In this document: piece by piece, positions 16,962 to 28,093 of the stretch | Layout of the letters: every line of letters starts with the position of its first letter | Position numbering within the stretch: position 1 is the first letter of the stretch | DNA from: an alpha proteobacterium SCGC AAA288-N07 | GTDB taxonomy: Bacteria > Pseudomonadota > Alphaproteobacteria > Pelagibacterales > Pelagibacteraceae | Direction: 5' to 3' | Assembly (NCBI GenBank): GCA_000513055.1 | Contig: AZYB01000001.1 | Coordinates: 4,715 to 68,714 of the forward strand | Length of the DNA: 64,000 bases | Program-made: the position numbers and the translations under genes | Notes under the pieces: model-generated | What the model was told of the DNA's origin: nothing | Database searches by the model: none | The model's input: the letters and a program-made list of their open reading frames with translations, nothing else

Positions 16962-17579
16962 TTACCTAGAATAATATTCTATTACCAAGTTTGGTTCCAT
17001 CAAAACTGGATAAGGAACTTCAGCAAATTTTGGTGTTCTTACAAACTTAATTTTTTTTTGTTTTTCATCTACTTGTATATACTCTGGAACATCTCTTTCT
17101 TTACTAGCAATCGAAACTTCTACGGGCATTAGTTGTTTCGACTTTTCTTTTAATTCTATTGTGTCTTCTTCTTTTAATTGATAACCAGGTATATTAACTT
17201 TTTTTCCATTTACTTTTATATGCCCATGATTTATTAATTGTCTCGATGAAAAAACTGTTAATGCAAATTTTGCCCTGTATACAATTATATCAAGTCTCTT
17301 TTCTAACAATCCAATCAAATTCTCTACGGTATCACCCCTTTTTTTTATAGCTTTTCTATAAAAATTTCTAAACTGTCTCTCGTTTATGTTCCCATAATAG
17401 GATTTCAATTTTTGCTTAGCTTGAAGTTGAAGTCCATAATCAGATAGTCTTGCACCTCTTTTTGTTCCGTGTTGACCAGGAAGGTAATTTCGAGAATTAA
17501 ATGGACTTTTTGGTCTTCCCCATAAATTTACTTTTAATCTTCTATCTACTTTATGCTTTGAAGAAATTCTTTTCGTCAT
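16962..17579 (-). CDS. rpsD: 30S ribosomal protein S4
   Basis: 205 aa. S4 N-terminal region plus the S4 RNA-binding domain ([39 protein letters not shown]). Confidence 0.95.
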   Translation of the reverse strand: MTKRISSKHKVDRRLKVNLWGRPKSPFNSRNYLPGQHGTKRGARLSDYGLQLQAKQKLKSYYGNINERQFRNFYRKAIKKRGDTVENLIGLLEKRLDIIVYRAKFALTVFSSRQLINHGHIKVNGKKVNIPGYQLKEEDTIELKEKSKQLMPVEVSIASKERDVPEYIQVDEKQKKIKFVRTPKFAEVPYPVLMEPNLVIEYYSR

Positions 17580-17617
17580 TTTTAATTTGATGATTTATAG
17601 TCACTACCTATACTTTG

Positions 17618-18337
17618 TCAATCAACCTTTTTATTTTTTAGAGAAGCAAATATACCTAATAAAATTCGCGCTTCTTTGTCTGATAAATTCATCTTATGAA
17701 AAATTATCCGTATGTTTTCTATCATACTTTTACGCTTATGGTCTGGTTGCAAAAATCCAACCTGATCTAAAGAATTTACTAAGAAATTTATGAATTTATT
17801 TAGATCTTTTTTATTAAATGATTTATCTTTATATCTTGATTTATTTTTTTTAATTTTTTTATTCAGAATTTTAAATATTTCATAACAAAGTAAAATTACA
17901 CAATGAGATAGATTTAGTGATTGAAACTTGTTATTAGTTGGTAATTTTATCACATAATTTGCATAACTTATTTCATTATTTGTTAATCCTGATGCTTCTG
18001 GACCAAAAACAATTGCTATTTTTTTTTTGAAATTAATTTTTTTTAATTCATTTATTGAGAGATATTTATAATTTTTTTTTCTTATTCTTGAAGAGGTAGC
18101 AATTACACAATTCACATTTTTAATGGCATCTTCAAAATCATCATATATTTTGCTTGAATTAATTATATCTTTAGCACCAACGCTGGTAGCAAAAACTCTT
18201 TCATTTGGAAAATTTATTTTTGGAGAAACAATTATTAATTTACTAAAATTAAAATTTTTTAATGCTCTTGCACAGAAACCTATATTCTCAGCTAATTGAG
18301 GTTTAAATAATACAAAATGAACATTTGAATAGCTCAT
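17618..18337 (-). CDS. SpoU/TrmH-family RNA 2'-O-methyltransferase (TrmJ-like)
   Basis: 239 aa. Motifs ENIGFCARA, FGPEASGLTNNE and SLNLSHCV typical of class IV (SPOUT) methyltransferases. Confidence 0.75.
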   Translation of the reverse strand: MSYSNVHFVLFKPQLAENIGFCARALKNFNFSKLIIVSPKINFPNERVFATSVGAKDIINSSKIYDDFEDAIKNVNCVIATSSRIRKKNYKYLSINELKKINFKKKIAIVFGPEASGLTNNEISYANYVIKLPTNNKFQSLNLSHCVILLCYEIFKILNKKIKKNKSRYKDKSFNKKDLNKFINFLVNSLDQVGFLQPDHKRKSMIENIRIIFHKMNLSDKEARILLGIFASLKNKKVD

Positions 18338-19938
18338 TATATATTGGCTGGGGCTTTTTCTTTATATAATTTATAATCTAAACTATCTATTAATGCTTTA
18401 AATGAGGCTTCAATAATATTTGGTGACACACCTATTGTAAACCAACTTTGACCTGTTGAATCTGTGCTTTCTATAGAAACCCTCGTGGTTGCGTTAGTAC
18501 CAGTATTTAATATTCTTACTTTGTAATCTACTAATTTCAAATCTTTTAAATATTTAGAATATTTTCCAACTTTTTCAACATTAGATCTTATTGCATTATC
18601 TAAAGCATTAACTGGACCATTTCCTGATCCTTCGCAAACAATTTCTTTACCATCAACTATAATGTGAGCTTTTGCAAAAGAATTTATTTCATCTTTCGAT
18701 TCTTTTTTAACTGATACATCATATTTTGAAATTGTTAAATATTTTGGTATTTCTCCTAAAAGTCGCCTTGCCAGTAATTCGAATGAAGCATCTGCGCCAT
18801 CGTATGAATAACCAATAAATTCTCTATCTTTAACTTCATTAAGTAAATTTTGAACTTTGGGATCATTTTTATCAATTTTAATTCCATATTTGTTTAATCT
18901 TGACATTATGTTTGATTTGCCAGCTTGATCTGAAACAATAATATTTCTTACATTTCCTACTAAGCTCGGATCTATATGTTCATACGTCTTGGGATTTTTA
19001 GAAACAGCTGAAACATGAAGTCCTCCTTTATGAGCAAAAGCAGAAGGTCCAACATAAGCAGCTCTTCTATTAGATTTTCTATTTAAAATTTCATCTAACA
19101 GCCTTGAATATTCAGTCAAAGTCTTAATTTTATTTTTATTTATTTTTATTTCAAAATAATCAGAAAAAGACTTTTTCAAGGCTATAGTTGGAATTAAAGA
19201 TATTAAATTTGCATTTCCACACCTCTCGCCAAGTCCGTTGATTGTACCTTGAACTTGACGTGCGCCAGCCAAAACTGCTGTCAAAGAATTTGCAACGGCA
19301 TTTTCAGTATCGTTGTGGGCATGTATTCCAAGATTTTTTCCTGGAATTTCTTTACTTACTTTTGAAACAATCTCTCCTAATTCGTGTGGTAATGTTCCGC
19401 CATTAGTATCACAAAGAACAATCCATCTTGCCCCTTCATCATAGGCTGTTTTAATACAGGATAACGCATAATCTTTATTGTGTTTGTATCCATCAAAAAA
19501 ATGCTCTGCATCAAACAGAAATTCTTTCTTATTTTTTACAAATAATTTTGCTGATTCTTTAATATTTTCTAAATTTTCTTCATTAGTTATATCTAAAGCT
19601 ACATCAACGTGAAAATCCCAAGATTTTCCCACTAAACAAATTGCGGGTGCTTTCGAATTTAACAAAACTGAAAGCCCAGGATCATTTTCTGCACTTCTAC
19701 CAGATTTTTTTGTCATGCCAAAAGCAGTTAGAGTTGTATTTGTTAACTTTGGTGGATTATTAAAAAAAGTTGTATCCAAAGTGTTTGCTCCTGGCCATCC
19801 GCCTTCTAAATAATCAACTCCTAAATCCGATAATGCTCTAGCAATCTTAATTTTATCATCAATAGAAAAGTTCACACCTTCGGTTTGTGCGCCATCTCTA
19901 AGTGTAGTATCAAAAATATATATTTTTTCTTTACTCAT
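18337..19938 (-). CDS. cimA: citramalate synthase (LeuA/CimA family)
   Basis: 533 aa. N-terminal IFDTTLRDGAQTEG HMGL-like barrel, HAHNDTENAVANS, and a C-terminal LeuA-dimer-type regulatory domain. Length fits CimA. Confidence 0.75.
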   Translation of the reverse strand: MSKEKIYIFDTTLRDGAQTEGVNFSIDDKIKIARALSDLGVDYLEGGWPGANTLDTTFFNNPPKLTNTTLTAFGMTKKSGRSAENDPGLSVLLNSKAPAICLVGKSWDFHVDVALDITNEENLENIKESAKLFVKNKKEFLFDAEHFFDGYKHNKDYALSCIKTAYDEGARWIVLCDTNGGTLPHELGEIVSKVSKEIPGKNLGIHAHNDTENAVANSLTAVLAGARQVQGTINGLGERCGNANLISLIPTIALKKSFSDYFEIKINKNKIKTLTEYSRLLDEILNRKSNRRAAYVGPSAFAHKGGLHVSAVSKNPKTYEHIDPSLVGNVRNIIVSDQAGKSNIMSRLNKYGIKIDKNDPKVQNLLNEVKDREFIGYSYDGADASFELLARRLLGEIPKYLTISKYDVSVKKESKDEINSFAKAHIIVDGKEIVCEGSGNGPVNALDNAIRSNVEKVGKYSKYLKDLKLVDYKVRILNTGTNATTRVSIESTDSTGQSWFTIGVSPNIIEASFKALIDSLDYKLYKEKAPANI

Positions 19939-21290
19939 TTATATTTCCAATTTGTTTGGTTTTGCTTATCTTCAATTATCACTCCATCATTTTCTAATTT
20001 TTTTCTTATGCTATCTGCTAATTTATAATTTCCTTCTTTTCTAGCTTTATTTCTATCTTTAATTTTTTGATTAATAAAATTCTCATCGACATGGGATTTA
20101 GATTTTTTAAAATTTTCCCAAGATTCCTTATCTTCTTCAAGTAAACCGATTAAATTACAAGCAGACAAAAATTTTACTTTTGAAGATTTACTTCCTTTAG
20201 ATGTTTCTTCGTAAAGCAAATGTAGTTTGGATATATATTCGGGTGTATTCAGATCTTCTAATAGTGGAAGTAATACATCTTCTTGAAATTCTCCTGGATC
20301 TATTTTTTCAAATTGACTATACCATTTATTTAATGTGTTTTGACTTTCTTTTATTAACTTTTCGTTCCAATCTAATGGCTGTTTGTAATGTGAACTTAAA
20401 AGTGCCAACCTTATAACTTGACCGTTTATATTTTCTCTCAGCTTATGAATCTGGACAATGTTTCCTATGGATTTAGACATCTTTTCCTTATCAAAGGTAA
20501 CAAAACCATTATGCACCCAATAATTTGCAAAATTATCTATCTTGTTGGCGCAACATGATTGAGCAATTTCGTTTTCATGGTGAGGAAAAATGAGATCTAG
20601 ACCTCCACCATGGATGTCGAATTTCTTACCCAAAAATTTTTCACTCATAATAGAACATTCTAAATGCCAACCTGGTCGACCTCTACCCCATGGAGAGTCC
20701 CAACCAGGATCCTTTGTCTCAGAAGGTTTCCAAAGAACAAAATCTAACGGATCTTTTTTATAGCTGGAAACTTCAACCCTTGATCCTGCAATCAGTTGTT
20801 CTGAATTTTTATTTGATAATTTTCCATATTCTTTGAAAGACGAAACAGAAAAATAAACATGCTTTTCATTTTCATAAGCATGTTTATTTTTTATTAAATT
20901 CGTAACCATGCTTATCATTTCTTTAATATGATCAGTAGCTTTAGGTTCAAAACTTGGTTTCAAACAATTTAAATATTTGCAGTCTTTATGAAAGCTAGTA
21001 GTAATAGTTTTGGTTAAATCTCCAATGCTTTTATTATTTTTTTTTGATGACTCGATAATTTTATCATCAATATCTGTTATATTTCGCACATAAGTAACTT
21101 TATTATTTCCATGAATTTTTTTTAGCAGACGGTATAAGACATCAAACACAACCAATGGCCTAGCGTTACCGATATGGGGATAGTCATAAACTGTAGGTCC
21201 ACATACATACATTCCTATTTTGTCTTTGCTGATTGGAACAAAATTTTCTTTTTTTTTTGTTAAAGAATTAAATATTTTGAGTTCTTTCAT
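19935..21290 (-). CDS. cysS: cysteine--tRNA ligase
   Basis: 451 aa. HIGH motif (PHIGNARP) and KMSKS motif (KMSKSIGN). Confidence 0.95.
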   Translation of the reverse strand: MKELKIFNSLTKKKENFVPISKDKIGMYVCGPTVYDYPHIGNARPLVVFDVLYRLLKKIHGNNKVTYVRNITDIDDKIIESSKKNNKSIGDLTKTITTSFHKDCKYLNCLKPSFEPKATDHIKEMISMVTNLIKNKHAYENEKHVYFSVSSFKEYGKLSNKNSEQLIAGSRVEVSSYKKDPLDFVLWKPSETKDPGWDSPWGRGRPGWHLECSIMSEKFLGKKFDIHGGGLDLIFPHHENEIAQSCCANKIDNFANYWVHNGFVTFDKEKMSKSIGNIVQIHKLRENINGQVIRLALLSSHYKQPLDWNEKLIKESQNTLNKWYSQFEKIDPGEFQEDVLLPLLEDLNTPEYISKLHLLYEETSKGSKSSKVKFLSACNLIGLLEEDKESWENFKKSKSHVDENFINQKIKDRNKARKEGNYKLADSIRKKLENDGVIIEDKQNQTNWKYK

Positions 21291-21320
21291 TTTTTAATCT
21301 TAAAAATTTAAATGCAACAA

Positions 21321-22706
21321 TTAAGATGCTGCTTGAGCAATATTTTTAGAATATTGAGAATTTTTTTTAATTTCATCAGAAATTAAAAACGCTAATTCAA
21401 GTGCTTGGCTCGCATTTAATCTGGGATCACAATGCGTGTGATATCTGTGGGATAAGTCTTGATCTGATATCTTTTGAGCACCTCCTGTGCATTCAGTAAC
21501 ATTTTGACCAGTCATTTCTATATGAAGACCTCCGGCAAAACTTCCTTCGGATTGGTGAACAGAAAAAACATTTTTTACTTCCTTAACAACGTTATTAAAA
21601 GGTCTGGTTTTGAATCCAGTAGCTGACTTAATCGTATTACCATGCATTGGGTCACATGACCAAACAACATTTAACCCTTCTTTTTTAATAGCTCTAATTA
21701 ATTTGGGCAAAAACTTTCCTACATTATCATGCCCAAATCTTGAAATTAGTGTAATCTTTCCTTTTTCATTTTTTGTATTTATTACATTACAAATCTTTAC
21801 AATTTCATCTGGTTTAGATGTAGGGCCGCATTTTATTCCAATTGGATTTTCAATTCCTTTACAAAATTCAACATGTCCTCCATCAAGTTGTCTTGTTCTA
21901 TCACCGATCCATACAAAATGAGCAGAAGTATCGTGAAATTCTCCTGTGGTTGAGTCTACTCTTGTCATGGACTCTTCAAAAGGTAATAACAGCGCTTCAT
22001 GAGAAGTCCAAAAATTCACTGTTTTTAATCTTCTATTAAAATCAGAATTAATTCCACATGCATCCATAAAAGCTAATGCATCTGCAATTAAATCTTCAAG
22101 TTCTTTAAATTTTTTAGCTTGCGGACTTTTTTTTATAAATCCTAAGTTCCAAGTATGAACCATTTTTAAATCTGCAAAACCACCATGAGAAAATGCTCTT
22201 ATAAGGTTTAAGGTAGATGCTGCTTGAGAATAAGCTTTAAATAACCTTTTGGGATCAGGCACTCTTGATCTTTCATTAAATTCTATACCATTAATATTGT
22301 CGCCTAAGTAACTAAGCAACTCTGCACCATCTTTTGTTTCCGTTGGTTCACTTCTAGGTTTTGAAAATTGCCCCGCTATTCTTCCTAACTTAACAACTGG
22401 TAATGATGCAGAATAAGTAAGAACTAATGACATCTGTAAAATCACTTTAAAAGTATCTCTAATATTATCAGGATGAAATTCAGCAAAACTTTCTGCACAA
22501 TCTCCGCCTTGAAGTAAGAAAGCTTTTCCATCTACAACATTTGCTAATTGTTCTTTTAGATGTCTTGTTTCACCAGCAAATACTAAAGGGGGGAAACTTT
22601 TAAGTTTCTCAAGAACCTTATCTAGTTCTTTTTTATCCGGATATTCCGGAATATGTTTTACAGGATAGTTTTTCCAACTATTTATTTTCCATTTTTTCAT
22701 TTTCAA
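21321..22706 (-). CDS. class II 3-deoxy-7-phosphoheptulonate (DAHP) synthase
   Basis: 461 aa. Full-length look of the plant/actinobacterial-type class II enzyme (GRIAGQFSKPRS, WIGDRTRQLDGGHVEF, SCDPMHGNT). Confidence 0.85.
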   Translation of the reverse strand: MKMKKWKINSWKNYPVKHIPEYPDKKELDKVLEKLKSFPPLVFAGETRHLKEQLANVVDGKAFLLQGGDCAESFAEFHPDNIRDTFKVILQMSLVLTYSASLPVVKLGRIAGQFSKPRSEPTETKDGAELLSYLGDNINGIEFNERSRVPDPKRLFKAYSQAASTLNLIRAFSHGGFADLKMVHTWNLGFIKKSPQAKKFKELEDLIADALAFMDACGINSDFNRRLKTVNFWTSHEALLLPFEESMTRVDSTTGEFHDTSAHFVWIGDRTRQLDGGHVEFCKGIENPIGIKCGPTSKPDEIVKICNVINTKNEKGKITLISRFGHDNVGKFLPKLIRAIKKEGLNVVWSCDPMHGNTIKSATGFKTRPFNNVVKEVKNVFSVHQSEGSFAGGLHIEMTGQNVTECTGGAQKISDQDLSHRYHTHCDPRLNASQALELAFLISDEIKKNSQYSKNIAQAAS

Positions 22707-22762
22707 CCTTTAATATATAAGATAATTTGGTTAAAAAACCAAGATCAGTTAAGCTCCAAGGC

Positions 22763-24580
22763 TTACTCTACTGTAACTGATTTTGCTAGGTTTCTAGGTT
22801 TATCTATATCGCAGTTTTTGAACGAAGCAACATAATAGGCTAACATTTGTAAAGGCAAAGTTAAAAGGAAAGGTTTTATGTGATCATTGCTGTTTGGAAT
22901 ATTAAACTTATATCTTACATTTTCGCTTATAATTTCATTATCGTCATCGGTGAACAAAAATACTTTTCCACCTCTTGCAATAACCTCTTGCATATTTGAA
23001 ATTGTTTTTTCAAAATATTTATCTTTTGGAGCTAAAACCACAACTGGTAAACCATCTTCAATTAATGCTAACGGTCCATGTTTCATTTCTCCTGCCGGAT
23101 AACCTTCTGCATGGATATATGAAAGTTCCTTTAATTTTAAAGCACCTTCCAAAGCAATTGGATAAGAAAAACCTCGCCCTAAAAACATGGTTCCTTTTGA
23201 TTTAATAAAATCTTTTGCTATGATTTGTATTTCATCTCTTTTTGCTAAAACTTCTTCGATTAGTGATGGTAAATTATTTAAATCATTTATACTTTTTGCA
23301 TAATTTTGATTTGTTATTTCATTTCTAATTTTAGAAATTTTTAAAGATAGCATGTACAAAACCAACATTTGACCAATAAAAGCTTTTGTTGATGCAACAC
23401 CAATCTCTGGGCCAGCATAAATTGGTAGAACAAAATTAGCTGTTCTGGAAATTGAGCTTTCTACAACATTCACTATTGCGCATGTATTTGCTTTATTTTT
23501 TTTACACAATTCTAGTGCTGCAAAAGTATCTGCTGTTTCTCCAGATTGTGAAACAAAAACATAAAGATTATTTTTTTTAAAATTAATTTTTCTATATCTA
23601 AATTCCGATGCAACATCAGTATCGACTGTAATCGATGTAAGATCTTCAAATAAATATCTTGCTATTAAACAAGAATGATAAGCCGTACCACATCCTATAA
23701 ACGTAATTTTATTTATTTCATTTGGATTAAAAGGAAAGTTATGAAAATTAATATCTTTTTTTAAATGGTCTATATATTTCTTTAAACAAGTTTTAGAAGT
23801 TACTGATTGCTCATTAATTTCTTTGGACATGAAATCTTTAAAATCACCCTTGCTAGTTATATTTTCATCGATTGATAAAGTTAATATTTCTTTATTAATT
23901 TTATTTTTTTCTGAATTATAAAATTCGACCTTGTCTTTAGTTAAAATACAAATTTCTCCATCCTCCAAATAAGAAATTTTATTTGTCATTGACTTAAGGG
24001 CATAAGAGTCAGAGCCAATATAATTTTCTTCATGCCCATACCCAACTGCCAGAGGGCTTCCTCTTCTAGCACCTACAACAATATTTTTAAAATTCTTAAA
24101 AATAATCCCAAGTGCAAAACTTCCCTCGAGTCTTTCTAGAGTTTTATGCACTGCGTTTATGATGTCATAATTTTTTAAATAATTTGTTAGAAGAAGAGTG
24201 ACTACTTCTGTATCTGTTTGTGATTTGAATAAGTAATTTTTTTTTGTTAGTTCACTTTTGATTAAATTTGAATTTTCAATTATGCCATTATGAACTACAG
24301 ATACAACCTCTGATGAGTGTGGATGAGCATTAATTTCATTGGGGATGCCATGTGTTGCCCATCTTACATGACCAATGCCCAAATTTCCTTTTGATGGATT
24401 TTTAAATAAAATTTTTTCAAGATTATCAACTCGCCCGGAACATTTTTTTTCATTTATTTCATTGTTATCTATCGTTGATAGTCCTGCTGAGTCGTATCCT
24501 CTGTATTCAAGTTTTTTTAATGCTTCAATTATATTTCCAGATACGGGTTTGGCACTAGCAATTCCAATTATTCCACACAT
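22763..24580 (-). CDS. glmS: glutamine--fructose-6-phosphate aminotransferase (isomerizing)
   Basis: 605 aa. Ntn-hydrolase start MCGIIGI, two SIS domains, C-terminal ...AKSVTVE. Confidence 0.95.
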   Translation of the reverse strand: MCGIIGIASAKPVSGNIIEALKKLEYRGYDSAGLSTIDNNEINEKKCSGRVDNLEKILFKNPSKGNLGIGHVRWATHGIPNEINAHPHSSEVVSVVHNGIIENSNLIKSELTKKNYLFKSQTDTEVVTLLLTNYLKNYDIINAVHKTLERLEGSFALGIIFKNFKNIVVGARRGSPLAVGYGHEENYIGSDSYALKSMTNKISYLEDGEICILTKDKVEFYNSEKNKINKEILTLSIDENITSKGDFKDFMSKEINEQSVTSKTCLKKYIDHLKKDINFHNFPFNPNEINKITFIGCGTAYHSCLIARYLFEDLTSITVDTDVASEFRYRKINFKKNNLYVFVSQSGETADTFAALELCKKNKANTCAIVNVVESSISRTANFVLPIYAGPEIGVASTKAFIGQMLVLYMLSLKISKIRNEITNQNYAKSINDLNNLPSLIEEVLAKRDEIQIIAKDFIKSKGTMFLGRGFSYPIALEGALKLKELSYIHAEGYPAGEMKHGPLALIEDGLPVVVLAPKDKYFEKTISNMQEVIARGGKVFLFTDDDNEIISENVRYKFNIPNSNDHIKPFLLTLPLQMLAYYVASFKNCDIDKPRNLAKSVTVE

Positions 24581-24583
24581 AAG

Positions 24584-25222
24584 CTATTTTTTTTTATAAT
24601 TTTTTTTCTCAACTTGTTTTGATCTTGTCAAAGCTAAGGATTTTTCTCTAACATTTTTAGTTATCACCGAACCAGCTCCTACAACGGAATTTTTTCCAAT
24701 TGTTACTGGTGCCACCAACGAAGAATTTGAACCAATAAAAACTTCATCACGAATATTTGTTTTATGTTTTCTTTTACCATCATAATTACAAGTTATTGTT
24801 CCTGCTCCTATGTTTGTGAACTTACCTACCGTTGCATCACCAACATATGATAAGTGATTTATCTTCGTTCCAGTACCTACTCTGCTATTCTTGACTTCCA
24901 CAAAATTTCCTATTCTAGATCTTTTGGATAAAACTGTTCCTGGTCTAACTCTCGAAAAGGGCCCTACTTTTGCGTTATCTTCAATTTTTGCACCCTCAAT
25001 ATGAGTGAATGATAAAATTTCTACATTATTCCCAATTTTTACGTTTGAACCAATTACAACGTAAGGATTAATAACAACATTTTTTCCAATCTTTGTGTTT
25101 GCTGATAAAAAAATTGTATCTGGAGCTACCAGTGTTACTCCCTTTGTCATAAATTTATTACGAATTTTGTCTTGCTTTTGTTTTTCTTGTAATGCAAAAT
25201 TTTTTTTATTTTTCGATTTCAT
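24584..25222 (-). CDS. glmU: GlmU-like left-handed beta-helix acetyltransferase domain only (glucosamine-1-phosphate N-acetyltransferase)
   Basis: 212 aa. Aligns with the C-terminal half of E. coli GlmU (GVTL..P.T, hexapeptide repeats, NIGAGTITCNYDG..K.KT.I.D.VFIGSNS.LVAPVTIG). No pyrophosphorylase domain precedes it. Confidence 0.75.
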   Translation of the reverse strand: MKSKNKKNFALQEKQKQDKIRNKFMTKGVTLVAPDTIFLSANTKIGKNVVINPYVVIGSNVKIGNNVEILSFTHIEGAKIEDNAKVGPFSRVRPGTVLSKRSRIGNFVEVKNSRVGTGTKINHLSYVGDATVGKFTNIGAGTITCNYDGKRKHKTNIRDEVFIGSNSSLVAPVTIGKNSVVGAGSVITKNVREKSLALTRSKQVEKKNYKKK

Positions 25223-25293
25223 GAAAAATTATCTTTACATTACTAATTTAATTATAATAACTCACAAAATATTTCTTATTAATACTTTTTAAA

Positions 25294-25986
25294 ATGAGTC
25301 AAAAACTAACAATTTTATTCGATCTAGATGGTACATTAATTGATACTGCTCCTGATTTAATGAGTGCGCACAATCACGTAATGAAAAAATTTGGTTATAT
25401 AGTAAGAGAATTGGAAGACATCAAAAAACTGGCAGGACGTGGATCAAAAGCAATGATCAAAAAATCAATACATGAAATAGCTGAAAGAACTGGAAAAATT
25501 AAAAAAACGAATGAAAATGAAGCTGAAGAAATGACGAAAGAATTTATAAATTATTATAGTCAAAATATTTGTAACAAAAGTAAACTAAGAGCTGGGGTGT
25601 TGAATTTTTTAACCTGGTGCAAGAAAAATTCTATTTTGATGGCTATTTGTACCAATAAGCAAGAACATTTATCCATAGATCTTTTGAAAAAAATTAAACT
25701 TTATGATTTTTTTGACTACATTGCTGGTGGTAATACATTTAATTACAATAAACCCGACCCAAGACATTTAACAAGTACTATCGAAATTGTTGGTGGAAAT
25801 TTGAAAAAAAGCATTATGATTGGAGACAGTGAAACAGATTCCAGAGCAGCTGAAGACGCCAATGTAACTTTTATATTAATTGAAAATGGTTATACAGAAA
25901 AAAAACCGAATCAAATTCATTATAATCATTTGGTTAAAAATTTTATCGGATTAGATAAAATAATTCAAAAATATATTAATGATTGA
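25294..25986 (+). CDS. HAD-superfamily hydrolase, phosphoglycolate phosphatase-like
   Basis: 230 aa. HAD motif I FDLDGTLIDT, a later TNK, and GDSETD. Confidence 0.75.
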   Translation: MSQKLTILFDLDGTLIDTAPDLMSAHNHVMKKFGYIVRELEDIKKLAGRGSKAMIKKSIHEIAERTGKIKKTNENEAEEMTKEFINYYSQNICNKSKLRAGVLNFLTWCKKNSILMAICTNKQEHLSIDLLKKIKLYDFFDYIAGGNTFNYNKPDPRHLTSTIEIVGGNLKKSIMIGDSETDSRAAEDANVTFILIENGYTEKKPNQIHYNHLVKNFIGLDKIIQKYIND

Positions 25987-26578
25987 ATATAAATTATTTT
26001 TTGCGTTAGTAAGTTATTATTTTGTAATGTTTGTAACTCCAGGACCTAACAATGCAATGCTTACCGCCTCTGGAATTAAATTTGGTTTTAAAAAAACTAT
26101 TCCACATTTAATTGGCATTCCTTTTGGTCATGTTATTCAAATCACTCTTGTTTGCTTTGGTTTAGGTAATTTATTTCAAAAATATCCATTAGTTCAAAAT
26201 TATTTGAAATGGTTATGTTTTTTTTACTTACTTTATTTAGGTTGGAAAATTATAGGATCCTTTTCTGAACATAAAAAAGAATCAGGTAGACCTTTAAAAT
26301 TATATGAAGCTGCGCTTTTTCAATTTATGAACCCAAAAGCCTGGGTTGTAGCATTAACTGCTTCAACGGCTTTTTTTCCAGTAAATGAAAACTTTTATTT
26401 GGCAACCATTTTTGTTGCTTTAACTGCTCCTTTTATATGTTTTCCATCAATTTGTTTATGGGCTTTATTTGGTTCTTCGATAAAAATGCTTATAAAAAAT
26501 GCTAAAATAAAAAGAATTGTAGAATATTTTTTGGCTGTTTTACTAGTAATTACAGCTATAATTATACTTTTTAATTAG
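25979..26578 (+). CDS. LysE/RhtB family amino-acid exporter
   Basis: 199 aa with about 6 hydrophobic segments and the N-terminal FVTPGPNNAM motif typical of LysE-type translocators. Confidence 0.75.
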   Translation: MIEYKLFFALVSYYFVMFVTPGPNNAMLTASGIKFGFKKTIPHLIGIPFGHVIQITLVCFGLGNLFQKYPLVQNYLKWLCFFYLLYLGWKIIGSFSEHKKESGRPLKLYEAALFQFMNPKAWVVALTASTAFFPVNENFYLATIFVALTAPFICFPSICLWALFGSSIKMLIKNAKIKRIVEYFLAVLLVITAIIILFN

Positions 26579-26590
26579 CAAGGGAAAAAA

Positions 26591-28093
26591 TTGAAAAAAT
26601 TTACTGTAAAAGTATATCTTTCTAAGTTTAGGTTAAAAAAACAAAACCAGTTGGCATGGAAATTGGCTGAAGTTGCCTCGGATAAAGCCCCGCTAAATAA
26701 ATTATCTATAGAAATGGTAATTAATCGACTAATTGATAATGCCTCTGTTGCAATTGCATCTTTAAACAGAAAGCCTGTTATTACAGCTAGGCAAATGGCG
26801 ATAGCTCATCCCAGAAAAAATGGTGCTTCTATTTTTGGAATATCTTCAAAAAAAAAATTCAATTGTGAATGGTCTACATGGGCTAATGGAACTGCAGTCA
26901 GAGAATTAGATTTTCATGATACTTTCTTAGCAGCTGACTATAGTCACCCAGGTGATAATATTCCTCCAATATTAGCTGTTGCCCAACAAAAAAGTTTAAA
27001 TGGTTTCGACCTTTTAAGAGGAATAATTTCAGCTTATGAAATTCAAGTTAATTTAGTAAAAGGCATATGTTTGCATAAACATAAAATTGACCATATTGCG
27101 CATTTGGGACCAAGCATAGCCGCTGGATTAGGCTCATTATTAAAACTAAATACTGAAATTATATATCAAGGTATACAACAAGCTTTACACACAACAATAT
27201 CAACAAGACAATCAAGAAAGGGGGCAATATCAAGTTGGAAAGCTTTTGCACCTGCGCACGCAGGAAAACTTGCAATCGAAGCAATAGATAGAGTGATGAG
27301 AGGTGAAAATGCTCCAAGCCCTATTTATGAAGGAGAAGATAGCGTTATCGCCCAAATATTGGATGGAAAAAAAGCAAGATACTTAATTTCACTGCCAAAC
27401 AAAAATGAACAAAAGAAAGCAATATTAGAGACTTACACAAAAGAACACTCTGCTGAGTATCAAGCACAAGCTTTGATAGATATAGCAATTAAACTAAATA
27501 AAAAAATCGACAATTTTTCAAAAATAAAAAAAATAGATATCTACACAAGCCATCATACCCACAATATAATTGGAACTGGAGCAAATGATCCCCAAAAATA
27601 TGATCCCAATGCAAGTCGAGAAACACTTGACCACTCGATCATGTATATATTTGCCGTAGCTTTAGAAGATGGAAAATGGCATCATATAAAATCGTATAAT
27701 AAAAAAAGATCCCACCAAAAATCAACAGTTGATTTATGGCATAAAATAAAAACTCAAGAAAATAAAGTTTGGACAAAAAAATATCATCATCCTGATCCCA
27801 GAAAAAAATCTTTTGGAGCAAAAGTAATTTTAGAAATGAAAGATGGAAAAAAAATAATAGAATCTTTAGAAAAGGCAAACGCACATACCTACGGGGCATA
27901 TCCTTTTAAAAGAGCAAATTATATTGAAAAATTTTTAACCTTAACTAAAGGAATTATTAGAATTAGTGAAAGTAATAGATTTTTGAAAGATGTTCAAAAT
28001 TTAAGAAAAATTAAATCTGGAGAGTTGCATAAACTGAACATCGAAATTGATGAAAGAAAGTTAAAAAAAAATAATGCTAAGGGTATCTTTTAA
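26591..28093 (+). CDS. prpD: 2-methylcitrate dehydratase (MmgE/PrpD family)
   Basis: 500 aa with PrpD-family sequence throughout. Followed by prpB and prpC. TTG start as listed; the true start is uncertain. Confidence 0.85.
   Translation: MKKFTVKVYLSKFRLKKQNQLAWKLAEVASDKAPLNKLSIEMVINRLIDNASVAIASLNRKPVITARQMAIAHPRKNGASIFGISSKKKFNCEWSTWANGTAVRELDFHDTFLAADYSHPGDNIPPILAVAQQKSLNGFDLLRGIISAYEIQVNLVKGICLHKHKIDHIAHLGPSIAAGLGSLLKLNTEIIYQGIQQALHTTISTRQSRKGAISSWKAFAPAHAGKLAIEAIDRVMRGENAPSPIYEGEDSVIAQILDGKKARYLISLPNKNEQKKAILETYTKEHSAEYQAQALIDIAIKLNKKIDNFSKIKKIDIYTSHHTHNIIGTGANDPQKYDPNASRETLDHSIMYIFAVALEDGKWHHIKSYNKKRSHQKSTVDLWHKIKTQENKVWTKKYHHPDPRKKSFGAKVILEMKDGKKIIESLEKANAHTYGAYPFKRANYIEKFLTLTKGIIRISESNRFLKDVQNLRKIKSGELHKLNIEIDERKLKKNNAKGIF

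Noticed and set aside
17587-17793. Other short ORFs overlapping stronger genes in the track (17587-17793, 20201-20416, 21610-22039, 22653-23205, 24375-24599, 25095-25292, 27639-27899, 29496-30149, 31913-32110, 35107-35352, 37435-38049, 38541-38744, 40256-40450, 44269-44568, 47755-47967, 49737-50036, 53815-54036, 55696-55887, 56401-56595, 56819-57055, 63631-63894)
   Set aside because: All overlap longer ORFs with confident family assignments, on the opposite strand or in another frame, and have biased, motif-free translations typical of AT-rich genomes.
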